Positions 9,440 to 19,273 of a DNA stretch of 64,000 nucleotides are shown one piece after another; position 1 is the first letter of the stretch, and every line of letters begins with the position of its first letter. The DNA is taken from assembly GCA_963700285.1 (NCBI GenBank), contig CAVOXA010000001.1, positions 320,001 through 384,000 on the forward strand. Reading direction: 5' to 3'. The DNA comes from an uncultured Chloroflexia bacterium (GTDB lineage: Bacteria; Chloroflexota; Anaerolineae; JAAYZQ01). The notes beneath the pieces are model-generated. The model searched no databases and had not been told where the DNA came from. It saw only the letters and a program-made list of their open reading frames with translations. The translations under genes and the position numbers were made by a program.

Positions 9440-9898
9440 TCAGGTGGTCATCACAAAGACCGCGCCCGCCGCCTTTGGTTCAAAATCGACGGACCATCTT
9501 GTGTACTTGTCGAACCGGGCTCCATGCAGATCGGCTTCGTTCAAGTCTGCTTGCTGAAAATTGGCCCCCACGAGGTGGGCATCCTGCAGGTCAGCGCCGC
9601 GTAGGTCGGCCTGGACGAAATTGGCCTTGGCCAAGTTGGCCAGCCGCAGCTTGGCCCCCCTCAAACAGGCCCTGGACAGTTCGGCCTCCATGAGGGTAGC
9701 CCCCGAAAGATCCACGCCAGCAAGATCAGCAGCCGCCACGTTGGTATTGGTCAGATCCGCATCGCGCAGGTCGGCCCCGCTCAGATCTGCCTTGTAGAGA
9801 CCCAAACCAGACAGGTCTTGGCCATGCAAGTCCAGGCGCTCACCCCGCGCGCGAGCCAGCGCAGCCAGGTCCCTAACATCTGCTACCGTCAATTTCAT
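9440..9898 (-). CDS. Pentapeptide repeat protein
   Basis: Repeated A(D/N)LxG units (ADLSGADLRDADLTN...); GGAGG RBS before ATG 9898. Confidence 0.85.
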   Translation of the reverse strand: MKLTVADVRDLAALARARGERLDLHGQDLSGLGLYKADLSGADLRDADLTNTNVAAADLAGVDLSGATLMEAELSRACLRGAKLRLANLAKANFVQADLRGADLQDAHLVGANFQQADLNEADLHGARFDKYTRWSVDFEPKAAGAVFVMTT

Positions 9899-10064
9899 CT
9901 TTCTTCGGACCTCCCCTTTTTGAGCCTGCCCTACCTGTGCATCAGTGAAACCGTGGGCAGTCGTTGGAAATCTATTGTACCACAGAAGCCCCGGCGTGCA
10001 CAATCCATCTGGAGCGTTCTGCGCGGGGGCGAATCTCTGCTCCCCAGAGGTCGGGTCGCGGCAT

Positions 10065-10093
10065 TTGACAGGATCTTGCATCTGTGTTATGAT
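10065..10093 (+). promoter_or_regulatory. Sigma70 promoter of the aromatic biosynthesis operon
   Basis: TTGACA (10065-10070)-N17-TATGAT (10088-10093) with extended -10 TG. Confidence 0.75.
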
Positions 10094-10186
10094 TGTGCAA
10101 CTTCTGGTAGGGATGGAAGGATGGTTCATCGAGCGCTGGACAGAAACCGGATAGATGATTCGTCACTGGCTGTTGGCTGGGGCGAG

Positions 10187-10303
10187 ATGCAGGGTCTTTC
10201 CAAGAGCCTTGGGGTTTGTGACTGGTATTTTGGCTACTTTTATTTTACCGGTGTGTACGCACCGGTCGGTTGCCCTGCGCCAGGGGGGTCTTGCCAGGAG
10301 TAG
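10187..10303 (+). CDS. Putative aromatic amino acid attenuator leader peptide (38 aa, WYFGYFYF)
   Basis: MQGLSKSLGVCDWYFGYFYFTGVYAPVGCPAPGGSCQE*; 7 of 8 codons at 10223-10246 are Trp/Tyr/Phe; lies between the promoter and a terminator. Confidence 0.8.
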   Translation: MQGLSKSLGVCDWYFGYFYFTGVYAPVGCPAPGGSCQE

Positions 10304-10325
10304 ATTCGAAGCAAGAAGAACCTTA

Positions 10326-10365
10326 AACGAGCGTGGTGTAACCGGCACCACGCTCGTTCTTTATT
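10326..10365 (+). terminator. Attenuator terminator upstream of aroH
   Basis: Perfect 13-bp stem AACGAGCGTGGTG/CACCACGCTCGTT, 7-nt loop, CTTTATT tail. Confidence 0.8.
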
Positions 10366-10380
10366 GCCTGGGAGTATGCC

Positions 10381-10773
10381 ATGTCCCATGATGGAAGGTG
10401 TGCAGTACAATGTCGAGGCATACGTGGCGCGATCACGGTCGAGCATGATTCAGCCACGGCGATCCTGGAGGCAACGCGCGAACTACTGGGCCGTATCGTC
10501 GACGCAAACGGGGTAGTTGTCGAGGATCTGGCCAGCGCCATCTTTACTGTCACACCAGACCTGACCGCTGCGTACCCGGCAGCGGCGGCCCGAGATCTGG
10601 GCTGGCAGCACGTGGCACTGCTGGATGCTCAGGAGATCCCGGTACCGGGCAGCCTACCTCGTTGTGTTCGTGTACTGCTTCATTGGAATACCGGCACACC
10701 GCAGGCAGAGATCTGCCACGTGTACCTCCGGGGTGCGGCCTCACTACGGCCAGACCTAACGAGCAGGAAGTGA
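10381..10773 (+). CDS. aroH: Chorismate mutase, AroH class
   Basis: [37 protein letters not shown]. Confidence 0.95.
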   Translation: MSHDGRCAVQCRGIRGAITVEHDSATAILEATRELLGRIVDANGVVVEDLASAIFTVTPDLTAAYPAAAARDLGWQHVALLDAQEIPVPGSLPRCVRVLLHWNTGTPQAEICHVYLRGAASLRPDLTSRK

Positions 10774-10819
10774 GTGGCCTGGACTGAGAACCATCAGAAT
10801 TGAAGGGAGGAAAAGAACC

Positions 10820-11659
10820 ATGACCACAGTCGCATTCCAAGGGGTACGAGGGGCCTATTCCGAGGAAGCAACCTTTCAGTTCTTTGGCCCGGACGTCGAA
10901 ACGCTGCCATGCCAGAGTTTCGAGGGCATCTTTGAGGCGGTCGAGTCTCGGGCGGCCGACTATGGCGTGCAGCCGGTAGAGAACTCGACGGCCGGATCGA
11001 TCAATCGTGCCTATGATCTGTTGCAGTCTCACGATCTCCGGGTCTGGGGGGAGGTCATTCTTAGGATCCAGCATGCATTATTGGCGCCGAAGGGGATGGC
11101 GTTGGGTGATGTCGTTCGGGTACGTTCTCAGCCCGAGGCCCTGGCCCAGTGCAAGCGCTACCTGAGCAATCACGGCTGGACCCCCGAAGCCACCTACGAT
11201 ACAGCGGGCAGCGCCCGAGACCTGGCTGCCAAGGCTGAGCCCGGGGTGGCGGCCATTGCCAGCCGGCTGGCGGGCCAGCTCTATGGCCTCGAGGAGCTGG
11301 ACTATGGCATCGAGGACTCGCCAAACAACTACACGCGCTTTTTCGTCCTCAGCATCAACGATGCACCGCGGGCACAGCGCAGCAAGACCTCGCTGGTCTT
11401 TGCCTCACGCCATCAACCCGGTGCTCTGTACGAGTGTATCGGTGAATTCTCCAAGCGACACGTTAACTTGAGCAAGCTCGAGTCGCGTCCGCGGCCGAAT
11501 CGGCCGTGGCAATACAGCTACTACCTGGACTTTGATGGCCACTGTCAGGATCCAGAGTGCGAAGCCGCGCTAATGGGGCTGCTGCGTCGCTCTTCGTTCG
11601 TCAAGTTGCTGGGTTCGTATCCTGCGGCGACGACCCCTACGCTTGACGAGACGGACTGA
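10820..11659 (+). CDS. pheA: Prephenate dehydratase
   Basis: [16 protein letters not shown] domain with ESRP. Confidence 0.95.
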   Translation: MTTVAFQGVRGAYSEEATFQFFGPDVETLPCQSFEGIFEAVESRAADYGVQPVENSTAGSINRAYDLLQSHDLRVWGEVILRIQHALLAPKGMALGDVVRVRSQPEALAQCKRYLSNHGWTPEATYDTAGSARDLAAKAEPGVAAIASRLAGQLYGLEELDYGIEDSPNNYTRFFVLSINDAPRAQRSKTSLVFASRHQPGALYECIGEFSKRHVNLSKLESRPRPNRPWQYSYYLDFDGHCQDPECEAALMGLLRRSSFVKLLGSYPAATTPTLDETD

Positions 11660-11691
11660 TGCCCGGAGCAGCGATAGTTGGAGGGAAGGCT

Positions 11692-12705
11692 ATGATCGTC
11701 ATTATGAAGCAAGGAGCAACCCGGGCTCAGGTGGTCAATGTCACGGCCCGTATTGAGCAGCTTGGCTGTACGGCGCACATCTCGGAGGGAGAGGAGCGCA
11801 CCATCATTGGCATCATCGGCAATGGGCGCCCGATAGACCGGGGAGCCGTTGAGCGGATGGACGGGGTCGAACAAACGGTACAGGTGCTGCGACCTTTCAA
11901 ACTGGCCAGCCGGGATTTTCACCCGCAGGACACTGTTGTTCCCATCAACGGAGTATCCGTCGGCGCCAAGAACTTGGTGGTCATAGCTGGCCCGTGTGCG
12001 GTCGAGGGGCGCTCGGAACTGATGGAGGCCGCGCAACTGGTCAAGGACGCCGGTGCCCAAATGCTGCGCGGTGGCGCCTTCAAGCCACGTACTTCGCCCT
12101 ATAGCTTTCAGGGAATGGGGGAAGAGGGACTGCGCATTCTAGCCGATGCTCGCCGGGAGACAGGGCTGCCCATCGTGACCGAGGTCATGGCCCCGGAGCA
12201 GGTGCCTTTGGTGACGACCTATGCCGATGTCCTGCAGATCGGGGCCCGAAACATGCAGAACTATGCCCTGTTGCACGCTGTAGGCGAGGCGCAGCGGCCT
12301 GTTCTGCTGAAGCGGGGAATGATGTCTACCATCGAAGAACTGCTGATGTCGGCTGAATACATCCTGTCCCATGGCAACAACCGGGTGATGCTGTGCGAGC
12401 GTGGGATCCGTACTTTTGAACAATACACGCGGAACACGCTTGACATCAATGCCATCCCGCTGCTCAAGCAGCTCAGCCATCTACCCGTCATCGTAGATCC
12501 AAGCCACGGAACCGGCAAGTGGGAACTGGTGGAGGCTGTCTCCAAGGCAGCCGTGGCAGCCGGGGCGGATGGGCTGATCATCGAGGTCCACCCACACCCC
12601 AGCCAGGCCATGTCCGATGGAGCCCAGTCCCTCAAGCCAGAGACCTTTGCCCGGCTGATGGACGATCTTGGCGCCATCGCTCGCGCTGTGGGTCGGGAGT
12701 TTTGA
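11692..12705 (+). CDS. aroF: DAHP synthase (type I-beta, N-terminal regulatory domain)
   Basis: [32 protein letters not shown]. Confidence 0.95.
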   Translation: MIVIMKQGATRAQVVNVTARIEQLGCTAHISEGEERTIIGIIGNGRPIDRGAVERMDGVEQTVQVLRPFKLASRDFHPQDTVVPINGVSVGAKNLVVIAGPCAVEGRSELMEAAQLVKDAGAQMLRGGAFKPRTSPYSFQGMGEEGLRILADARRETGLPIVTEVMAPEQVPLVTTYADVLQIGARNMQNYALLHAVGEAQRPVLLKRGMMSTIEELLMSAEYILSHGNNRVMLCERGIRTFEQYTRNTLDINAIPLLKQLSHLPVIVDPSHGTGKWELVEAVSKAAVAAGADGLIIEVHPHPSQAMSDGAQSLKPETFARLMDDLGAIARAVGREF

Positions 12706-13619
12706 TGATGGCGCAACTGGAACAGGAACGTTCCCCAGTCGACCAGTATCCGCTGACTGAAGGCCGGCTACAGCATGCCCAGGTCACCATCGTGGGTTTG
12801 GGTCTGATGGGCGGCTCACTGGCTGGCGCGCTACGGGGCAAATGCCGGGCTGTTGTCGGGATGGCCCGTCGCGCCGAGGTGCTTGAAACTGCGCTGGCCC
12901 AGAACCTCATCGATTGGGGCACGGCCGACTTGGCGGAGGGTTTGCGCCAGGCGGACGTTGTTGTTCTGGCAACACCGGTGCGCGTCATTCTTCGTCAGTT
13001 GGCCGAGCTTTCACCTCTCTTGCCCCGGGGCTGCCTGTTGTTGGATCTGGGCAGCACAAAGGCCGAGATCGTCGCCGAGATGGCGAGACTACCGGAGCAT
13101 ATCCAGCCCTTGGGTGGACACCCGATGTGCGGTAAGGAGGTGTCAGGGATCGAGGTGGCCGATCCGGCTCTCTATCAGGGCACTACCTTTATCCTGTGTC
13201 CGTTGCCGCGCACCTCCGGTTGGGCGCTGAACCTGGGCTGCCAACTGGTCGAGGCCGTCGGTGCCCAGGCACTGGTGCTAGAAGCGGAGCGCCAAGACTC
13301 CCTCGTCGCCACTCTGAGCCACCTGCCCTACATGTTGGCCTGCGCGCTGGTTGGCACCGCAGATACCCTGACCTCTCCTGATCCGGCAGCTTGGGAGATC
13401 GTAGCTGGAGGCTATCGCGATACGTCGCGTGTGGCGGGCAGCGACGTGAAGATGATGGTCGATATCCTGATGACCAACCGAGAAGAAGTCGTGCGTTCGG
13501 TAGAAGCCTGCCAGGCCCAGCTCGGCCGCCTGGCGACTCTTGTACAAGCGGGCGCAGAGGATGAACTGCAAGCTACGCTGAGCGCCATTCGTGAAGAGAG
13601 GAGGCGAATGTACCCGTGA
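12705..13619 (+). CDS. tyrA: Prephenate/arogenate dehydrogenase
   Basis: GLGLMGGS, DLGSTK, GHPMCG, SHLP; overlaps the aroF stop (TGATG). Confidence 0.9.
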   Translation: MMAQLEQERSPVDQYPLTEGRLQHAQVTIVGLGLMGGSLAGALRGKCRAVVGMARRAEVLETALAQNLIDWGTADLAEGLRQADVVVLATPVRVILRQLAELSPLLPRGCLLLDLGSTKAEIVAEMARLPEHIQPLGGHPMCGKEVSGIEVADPALYQGTTFILCPLPRTSGWALNLGCQLVEAVGAQALVLEAERQDSLVATLSHLPYMLACALVGTADTLTSPDPAAWEIVAGGYRDTSRVAGSDVKMMVDILMTNREEVVRSVEACQAQLGRLATLVQAGAEDELQATLSAIREERRRMYP

Positions 13620-14959
13620 GCCGGCTCTGCGTGCAAGGCGCCGCGCCTCTGTGTGGGCGCATCCAGGTCCCAGGCGACAAGTCAGTCTCGCATCGCTCAC
13701 TGTTGTTGGGTTCCCTTGCAGAGGGGAAAAGCCGCGTGGAACGTTTTTTACCTGCTGCCGATTGCCGCGCTACGCTGAGTGCCGTGCGCGCGTTGGGTGT
13801 GGAGGTCGAGGAGCTGGGTCCATCGACGCTGATTCTCAGGGGCCGGGGACTGCGAGGCTTGCAGGAACCGGATGATGTCGTAGATTGCAGCCGCTCGGGT
13901 ACGACGATGCGGCTGCTGGCTGGAATCCTCGCCGGCCAGCCCTTCTTAACTGTTCTCTCAGGTGATGTCCAACTGAGGCGGCGGCCCATGGGGCGCATTG
14001 CAGAACCGTTGCGGCGCATGGGTGCGACGGTCCTGGGCCGGGACGGTGACCGCCTGCCGCCCCTGGCCATTCAGGGAGGTTCCCTTCAGGGCCTGGACTA
14101 TACGCTTCCAGTGGCCAGTGCTCAAGTCAAGAGTGCTCTATTGCTGGCCGGCCTGTACGCCGGAGGGCCCACGAGCCTGTGCGTGCCCGGGCCTGCGCGG
14201 GATCACACGGAACGGATGCTGGTGGCGATGGGAGCCAGGTTGGAGACTGAAGACTGGGGGTTGGCTGCTGGTGGACAGCGTTTACGGCTTGAGCCTGGCC
14301 ATTTCTTGCAAGCACTGGACCTTGCTGTGCCAGGGGATTTTTCGTCGGCGGCCTATTTCCTGGTAGCAGCAAGTCTTGTGCCCGGCTCGGAGGTCCTGAT
14401 CGAGGGCGTGGGTGTGAATCCCACCCGTACCGGACTGCTGGATGTGCTGCAGGCCATGGGCGCCGACGTCGTGCTGGAAGACACACGGATGGTGGGCGGC
14501 GAGCCTGTGGCGGATCTGGCGGTGCGCGCTTCGGACCTGGTCGCCACGGAGGTGAGCGGTCAGCTGGTGGTGCGGGCCATCGACGAGTTTCCTGTCCTGG
14601 CCGTAGCTGCCACCCAGGCCCGGGGAGAAACGGTGGTGCGTGACGCGGCCGAGCTGCGAGTGAAAGAGACCGACCGGATTGCTACCACGGTGCAGGAATT
14701 GCGCCGGCTGGGAGCCGAGATCGAGGCTCAGCCAGATGGTTTTGTCGTTCATGGTCCAACACCTCTGCGGAGCTCTGATCTCGCCGAAGGACAAGGATCC
14801 ATGGTTTGCAGCCATGGTGACCATCGTCTGGCGATGGCCCTGACCGTGGCCGGGTTGATTGCCAGGGGTGAGACCTGCGTACAGGACACGGACTGTATTG
14901 CCGACTCTTTCCCCGGCTTTGCGGCAGCGTTGGCAAGGCTGGGGGGAAACTTGCGATGA
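13616..14959 (+). CDS. aroA: EPSP synthase
   Basis: PGDKSVSHR, SGTTMRL, SAQVKS, RDHTE, KETDR, GDHR. Confidence 0.95.
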   Translation: MSRLCVQGAAPLCGRIQVPGDKSVSHRSLLLGSLAEGKSRVERFLPAADCRATLSAVRALGVEVEELGPSTLILRGRGLRGLQEPDDVVDCSRSGTTMRLLAGILAGQPFLTVLSGDVQLRRRPMGRIAEPLRRMGATVLGRDGDRLPPLAIQGGSLQGLDYTLPVASAQVKSALLLAGLYAGGPTSLCVPGPARDHTERMLVAMGARLETEDWGLAAGGQRLRLEPGHFLQALDLAVPGDFSSAAYFLVAASLVPGSEVLIEGVGVNPTRTGLLDVLQAMGADVVLEDTRMVGGEPVADLAVRASDLVATEVSGQLVVRAIDEFPVLAVAATQARGETVVRDAAELRVKETDRIATTVQELRRLGAEIEAQPDGFVVHGPTPLRSSDLAEGQGSMVCSHGDHRLAMALTVAGLIARGETCVQDTDCIADSFPGFAAALARLGGNLR

Positions 14960-15906
14960 CCGCCACTCCCGCGCAGCTTGTGACCGGCCCAGCCCCAGGG
15001 GTTGAGGACTCAATCTTTCGGGTTGGACTGGTGGGCTGGCCGGTAGAACACAGCGTTTCGCCGGCCATGCACAACGCTGCCTTTGATGCGCTGGATCTCA
15101 ACTGGCGCTATTTTCCTCTACCAACACCTCCCGACAAGGTGGAAGTTACCCTGGCCCAACTTCGTGAGCATGGGTACCGGGGAGCCAACGTCACCCTGCC
15201 CCACAAGCGGACCGTCATGCCCTACTTGGACGAACTCACGGATGCGGCGCGTGCCATTGGCGCAGTGAATACCATCCTTGCTGATGGCGCGCTGTTGGTC
15301 GGTCACAACACGGACGGGGATGGCTTCTTGATCGCGCTGAGGGCGGCGGGTTTTGATCCTGCTGGCCAGCGGGCACTGGTGTTGGGCGCTGGCGGTGGGG
15401 CACGGTCCGTGATCTATGCCCTGGCTCAAGCTGGTTGTTCGGTCACCCTCCACAACCGGACAGTGCAGCGGGCTACAAGTCTTGTGCAGGACATGCAGGC
15501 CGCGTGCCTCCAGCCAGCAGGCTCCTGGCTAACGCAGGCGACTAGCTTACAGGATCTGGATCTGGATGCCTACAGCCTATTGGTCAATACAACCTCGGTG
15601 GGGATGTGGCCCAACGTGGACGCCTCTCCGTGGCCGGAGGCTCCGGCAATGCCGTCGCATTGGACGGTCTTTGACCTGGTTTATAACCCTGAGGAAACCT
15701 GCCTTCTATCCGGGGCGCGCGCTGCTGGAGCCATGCCGGTCAGGGGCCTGGGCATGCTCGTACACCAGGGCGCCCTGGCCTTTGAGTTGTGGACAGGGCA
15801 AACGGCGCCGGTGGAAGTCATGTATACTGCTGCCAGGGAGGCACTGGGGCCAACGGGCAGGCGACCGGCAGTGGGCAGCCCTTGGGTGTTGGCTAGCGAA
15901 CACTGA
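14956..15906 (+). CDS. aroE: Shikimate dehydrogenase
   Basis: HSVSP, NVTLPHK, GAVNT, NTD, GAGGGAR. Confidence 0.95.
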   Translation: MTATPAQLVTGPAPGVEDSIFRVGLVGWPVEHSVSPAMHNAAFDALDLNWRYFPLPTPPDKVEVTLAQLREHGYRGANVTLPHKRTVMPYLDELTDAARAIGAVNTILADGALLVGHNTDGDGFLIALRAAGFDPAGQRALVLGAGGGARSVIYALAQAGCSVTLHNRTVQRATSLVQDMQAACLQPAGSWLTQATSLQDLDLDAYSLLVNTTSVGMWPNVDASPWPEAPAMPSHWTVFDLVYNPEETCLLSGARAAGAMPVRGLGMLVHQGALAFELWTGQTAPVEVMYTAAREALGPTGRRPAVGSPWVLASEH

Positions 15907-15958
15907 ATGTCCAAGGCAGGAAATCGAGTATCGAATATTGACCTCGCGGAGGCTTGAG

Positions 15959-17125
15959 ATGTTGCGCTTTTTGACTGCTGGCGAGTCCCATGGCCCGGGT
16001 CTGACGGCAATCCTGGAAGGCTTGCCCGCGGGCATATGCCTGCGAGAAGATGACATAAACGTCCAGTTGGGCAAGAGACAGAAGGGATTTGGCAGCGGTG
16101 GCCGGATGCGGATCGAGCAGGATCAGATCCGTTTCACCGGCGGCTTGTTGGGCGGCAAGACCACGGGGGCCCCGCTGGCCATGCAATTCGAGAACAAAGA
16201 CTGGGCCAACTGGCGCGAACGCGATATCTCACCCATGACCATCCCCCGGCCGGGTCACGCCGACCTGACGGGGGCGATCAAGTATGGCTATCGGGACCTG
16301 CGGCTGGCATTGGAGCGGGCCAGCGCCCGGGAGACGGCTGCCCGCGTGGCGGTCGGCGCGGTCTGCCAGCAACTGCTGGCAGAGGTCGGCATCATCGTCG
16401 GCAGTTATGTCGTGCGGATTGGCAGCGCCTCGGCGGCGCTTCCTGAGGAACTGAGCTACACCGAGCGGTTCGCCCAGGCTGAGGAAAGCAACGTGCGTTG
16501 TCCGGATCCGGTTGCCGGGGAGGCCATGTACGCCTGCATCCGCGAGGCAATGGCCGCCAAAGATACCCTGGGCGGTGTATTTGAGGTCGTCGCACTTGGG
16601 CTGCCACCCGGGTTGGGCAGCCACGTCCACTGGGACCGACGGCTCGATGCCCGCTTGATGGGGGCTGTGGGTTCCATCCAGGCCGTCAAGGGCGTGGAGA
16701 TCGGCCCCGCGTTTGAGAATGCGGCCAAACGTGGTACAGAGGTGCACGACGAGATCCTGGAGGAAGAGGAACTGCTTGTCCGGCCGACCAACCGCGCCGG
16801 CGGTTTTGAAGGCGGTATCACTACCGGGCAGCCGGTGGTCGTGCGGGCGGCGATGAAACCTATCTCAACGACGCTGACTCCTCTGCGGTCGGTCGATCTG
16901 GCCACCGGCCAGCCGGCTGCGACACGCTATGAACGGTCGGATACCTGTGCCGTGCCTCGCGCAGCCGTCGTGGGTGAGGCGATGGTCGCGTTTGTCCTGG
17001 CCGATGCCCTTCTGGACAAATTGGGGGGAGACAGCCTGGCTGAGATGCGACCCCGTTTCACCGCTCTCCGGCGCGGTACCCTCCGAGATCTGGAGATGGA
17101 CAATGTATCCTGGCGATTCTCCTAG
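15959..17125 (+). CDS. aroC: Chorismate synthase
   Basis: LTAGESHG, PRPGHAD, ERASARET, ERSD; GGAGG RBS. Confidence 0.95.
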   Translation: MLRFLTAGESHGPGLTAILEGLPAGICLREDDINVQLGKRQKGFGSGGRMRIEQDQIRFTGGLLGGKTTGAPLAMQFENKDWANWRERDISPMTIPRPGHADLTGAIKYGYRDLRLALERASARETAARVAVGAVCQQLLAEVGIIVGSYVVRIGSASAALPEELSYTERFAQAEESNVRCPDPVAGEAMYACIREAMAAKDTLGGVFEVVALGLPPGLGSHVHWDRRLDARLMGAVGSIQAVKGVEIGPAFENAAKRGTEVHDEILEEEELLVRPTNRAGGFEGGITTGQPVVVRAAMKPISTTLTPLRSVDLATGQPAATRYERSDTCAVPRAAVVGEAMVAFVLADALLDKLGGDSLAEMRPRFTALRRGTLRDLEMDNVSWRFS

Positions 17126-18704
17126 ACTGGGAACCAAGAACCTGATCCTCACCGGTTTCATGGGCACCGGCAAGACGGCTGTGGGACAGGATTTGGCCCG
17201 CCGCCTGGGCAGAGAGTTCCTGGATATGGATGCCCTCATCGCAGATCGAGAGGGCATGAGCGTGGCCGAAATCTTTGGCCGAAGGGGCGAGGAGCGCTTC
17301 CGCCTCCTGGAGGTCGAGCTCTGCCGGGAGCTGGCTGCCAAACAGAATCTCGTGATCGCCAGCGGGGGTGGAGCACTGTTACCGGAGGCTAACGCGGAAA
17401 TCTTGAGCGCCAGCGGTCCGATTGTGTGCCTCAGCGCCTCGCCAGACGAGATCCTGCGCAGGCTGGAGGGCGTCCGGGACCGGCCCCTGCTCGAAGCTCC
17501 TGACCGGGAGGCCCGCATCGCCGCACTGCTGATGCAGCGGGAGGAGGCCTACGAGCGTATCCCGTTGCAGATTGATACCACGGGACGGACAGTCGCCCAG
17601 GTTGCCGATCAGGTCTTGGCCCTGGCGGGTACCGCTTCGTTCCAGCGCATACCTGTGAGCCATCCAGGCGGCGAATATCCGATCTATCTGGGTGGAGGCC
17701 TGCTGGCCCAGGCTGGAGACCTATTACGAACACGGGACGTAGGCGACCAGATTGTGCTGGTTTCCACGCCCCCTGTGGGCGAGCGCTACGCTGCGACGGT
17801 CACCGGTAGTTTGGAGCGCGCAGGTTACCGCGTGGCCACCAGTACCGTGCCAGATGGTGAGGTTCACAAGACGCTGGAAACGGTGCGGGTGCTCTACGAT
17901 ACTTTTATCGAGGCCGGGCTGGACCGGCGCGGGGCGTTGCTGGCCCTGGGTGGGGGAGTCGTAGGCGACATGGCGGGTTTTGCTGCGGCCACCTACCTTC
18001 GGGGCGTAGCCTTGGTTCAGTGCCCCACCAGCTTGTTGTCGATGGTGGACAGTAGTATCGGTGGCAAGGTGGCTGTGGATCACCCGCGGGGTAAGAACCT
18101 GATCGGTGCCTTCAAACAGCCCGAGTTGGTGATTATTGATCCCGAGACGCTGTCCACCCTTCCTGCCAGAGAGGTTGCCAGTGGCCTGGCCGAGGTTGTG
18201 AAGACGGGCCTAATTGGTGATCCTGATTTGTTTGAACAGATTGAGCGATACGGACCGGCCCCGATACGCTGGATCATCGAGCGGGCACTGCGGGTCAAGG
18301 CCGGTGTTGTTCAAGAGGATCCCTACGAGCGTGGCCGCCGGGCGGTGCTCAACTTGGGACACACCTTTGGTCACGCGTTGGAGCTGTTGAGCGACTACAG
18401 GCTGTCCCACGGCGAGGGGGTCAGTATTGGGCTGGTGGCGGCGTCGCGGCTGTCAGCCAGGCTGGGGCTTTGCAGCCCGGCTCTTGCCAGACGTGTTGAG
18501 CAAGTACTGGCGCGTCTGGACCTGCCAACGCGGTATCGGGGCCATGCACCAGAGCAGATCTGGCAGGCCATGGCCACGGACAAGAAGCGCAGGGGAAAGA
18601 CATTGCGCTTTATCCTGCTTCGAGCTGTAGGTGAGGTCCTGACGACTGACCAGGTGAGACAGGAGGACGTGTTGGCTGTTTTGGAGATGTTGAGCGAAGG
18701 CTGA
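17103..18704 (+). CDS. aroKB: Bifunctional shikimate kinase / 3-dehydroquinate synthase fusion
   Basis: N-terminal GFMGTGKT P-loop; C-terminal GGGVVGD, GGKVAV, LNLGHTFGHA, HGE. Confidence 0.92.
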   Translation: MYPGDSPRLGTKNLILTGFMGTGKTAVGQDLARRLGREFLDMDALIADREGMSVAEIFGRRGEERFRLLEVELCRELAAKQNLVIASGGGALLPEANAEILSASGPIVCLSASPDEILRRLEGVRDRPLLEAPDREARIAALLMQREEAYERIPLQIDTTGRTVAQVADQVLALAGTASFQRIPVSHPGGEYPIYLGGGLLAQAGDLLRTRDVGDQIVLVSTPPVGERYAATVTGSLERAGYRVATSTVPDGEVHKTLETVRVLYDTFIEAGLDRRGALLALGGGVVGDMAGFAAATYLRGVALVQCPTSLLSMVDSSIGGKVAVDHPRGKNLIGAFKQPELVIIDPETLSTLPAREVASGLAEVVKTGLIGDPDLFEQIERYGPAPIRWIIERALRVKAGVVQEDPYERGRRAVLNLGHTFGHALELLSDYRLSHGEGVSIGLVAASRLSARLGLCSPALARRVEQVLARLDLPTRYRGHAPEQIWQAMATDKKRRGKTLRFILLRAVGEVLTTDQVRQEDVLAVLEMLSEG

Positions 18705-18756
18705 GGCGTGGGGCGTGACAGGCGATGCGTACATTGCGCAATAGGGGAGAAAAACG

Positions 18757-19224
18757 ATGTGGCAGATACAGGTGATCCACGGACCCAATCTGAATCTCTT
18801 TGGGAGGCGCGAGCCTGCTATCTATGGCCGAGTGACACTGGCTGAGATCGATGAGCGATTGCAGGCCCAGGCTGCTGAGGCCGGGGTAGCGTTGCGGACT
18901 TTTCAATCCAACCATGAGGGAGCCATCGTCGATGTCGTGCAGCAAGCGGCCGGATGGGCTCATGGCCTGGTGATCAATCCCGGCGCCCATACCCACTACT
19001 CCTATGCCATTCGGGACGCCATCGCGGGTGTTGCTCTGCCGGCTGTGGAGGTGCACCTGTCCAACGTCCACGCCCGCGAACCCTTCCGGCGCACGTCGGT
19101 CATCGCGCCGGTGTGCGTGGGACAGATCTGCGGCTTTGGCTGGCGGAGCTATGGGCTGGGACTGGAAGCACTGCTAGACCACCTTCAAGATGCAATGGCC
19201 AGCGGCAAAGCAGAATCTCGGTGA
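18757..19224 (+). CDS. aroQ: Type II 3-dehydroquinate dehydratase
   Basis: HGPNLN, REP.IYG, QSNHEG, EVHLSN. Confidence 0.95.
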   Translation: MWQIQVIHGPNLNLFGRREPAIYGRVTLAEIDERLQAQAAEAGVALRTFQSNHEGAIVDVVQQAAGWAHGLVINPGAHTHYSYAIRDAIAGVALPAVEVHLSNVHAREPFRRTSVIAPVCVGQICGFGWRSYGLGLEALLDHLQDAMASGKAESR

Positions 19225-19273
19225 AGGGTGCTGCTCTTTGGGCAGTTGGACCGCGCTCGATAGGAGGGGAACG

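Noticed and set aside
10326-10358. T-box riboswitch upstream of aroH (GTGGTGTAACC looks T-box-like)
   Set aside because: It lacks the GGTGGnACC bulge spacing and a recognisable Stem I. The codon-rich uORF explains the leader better.
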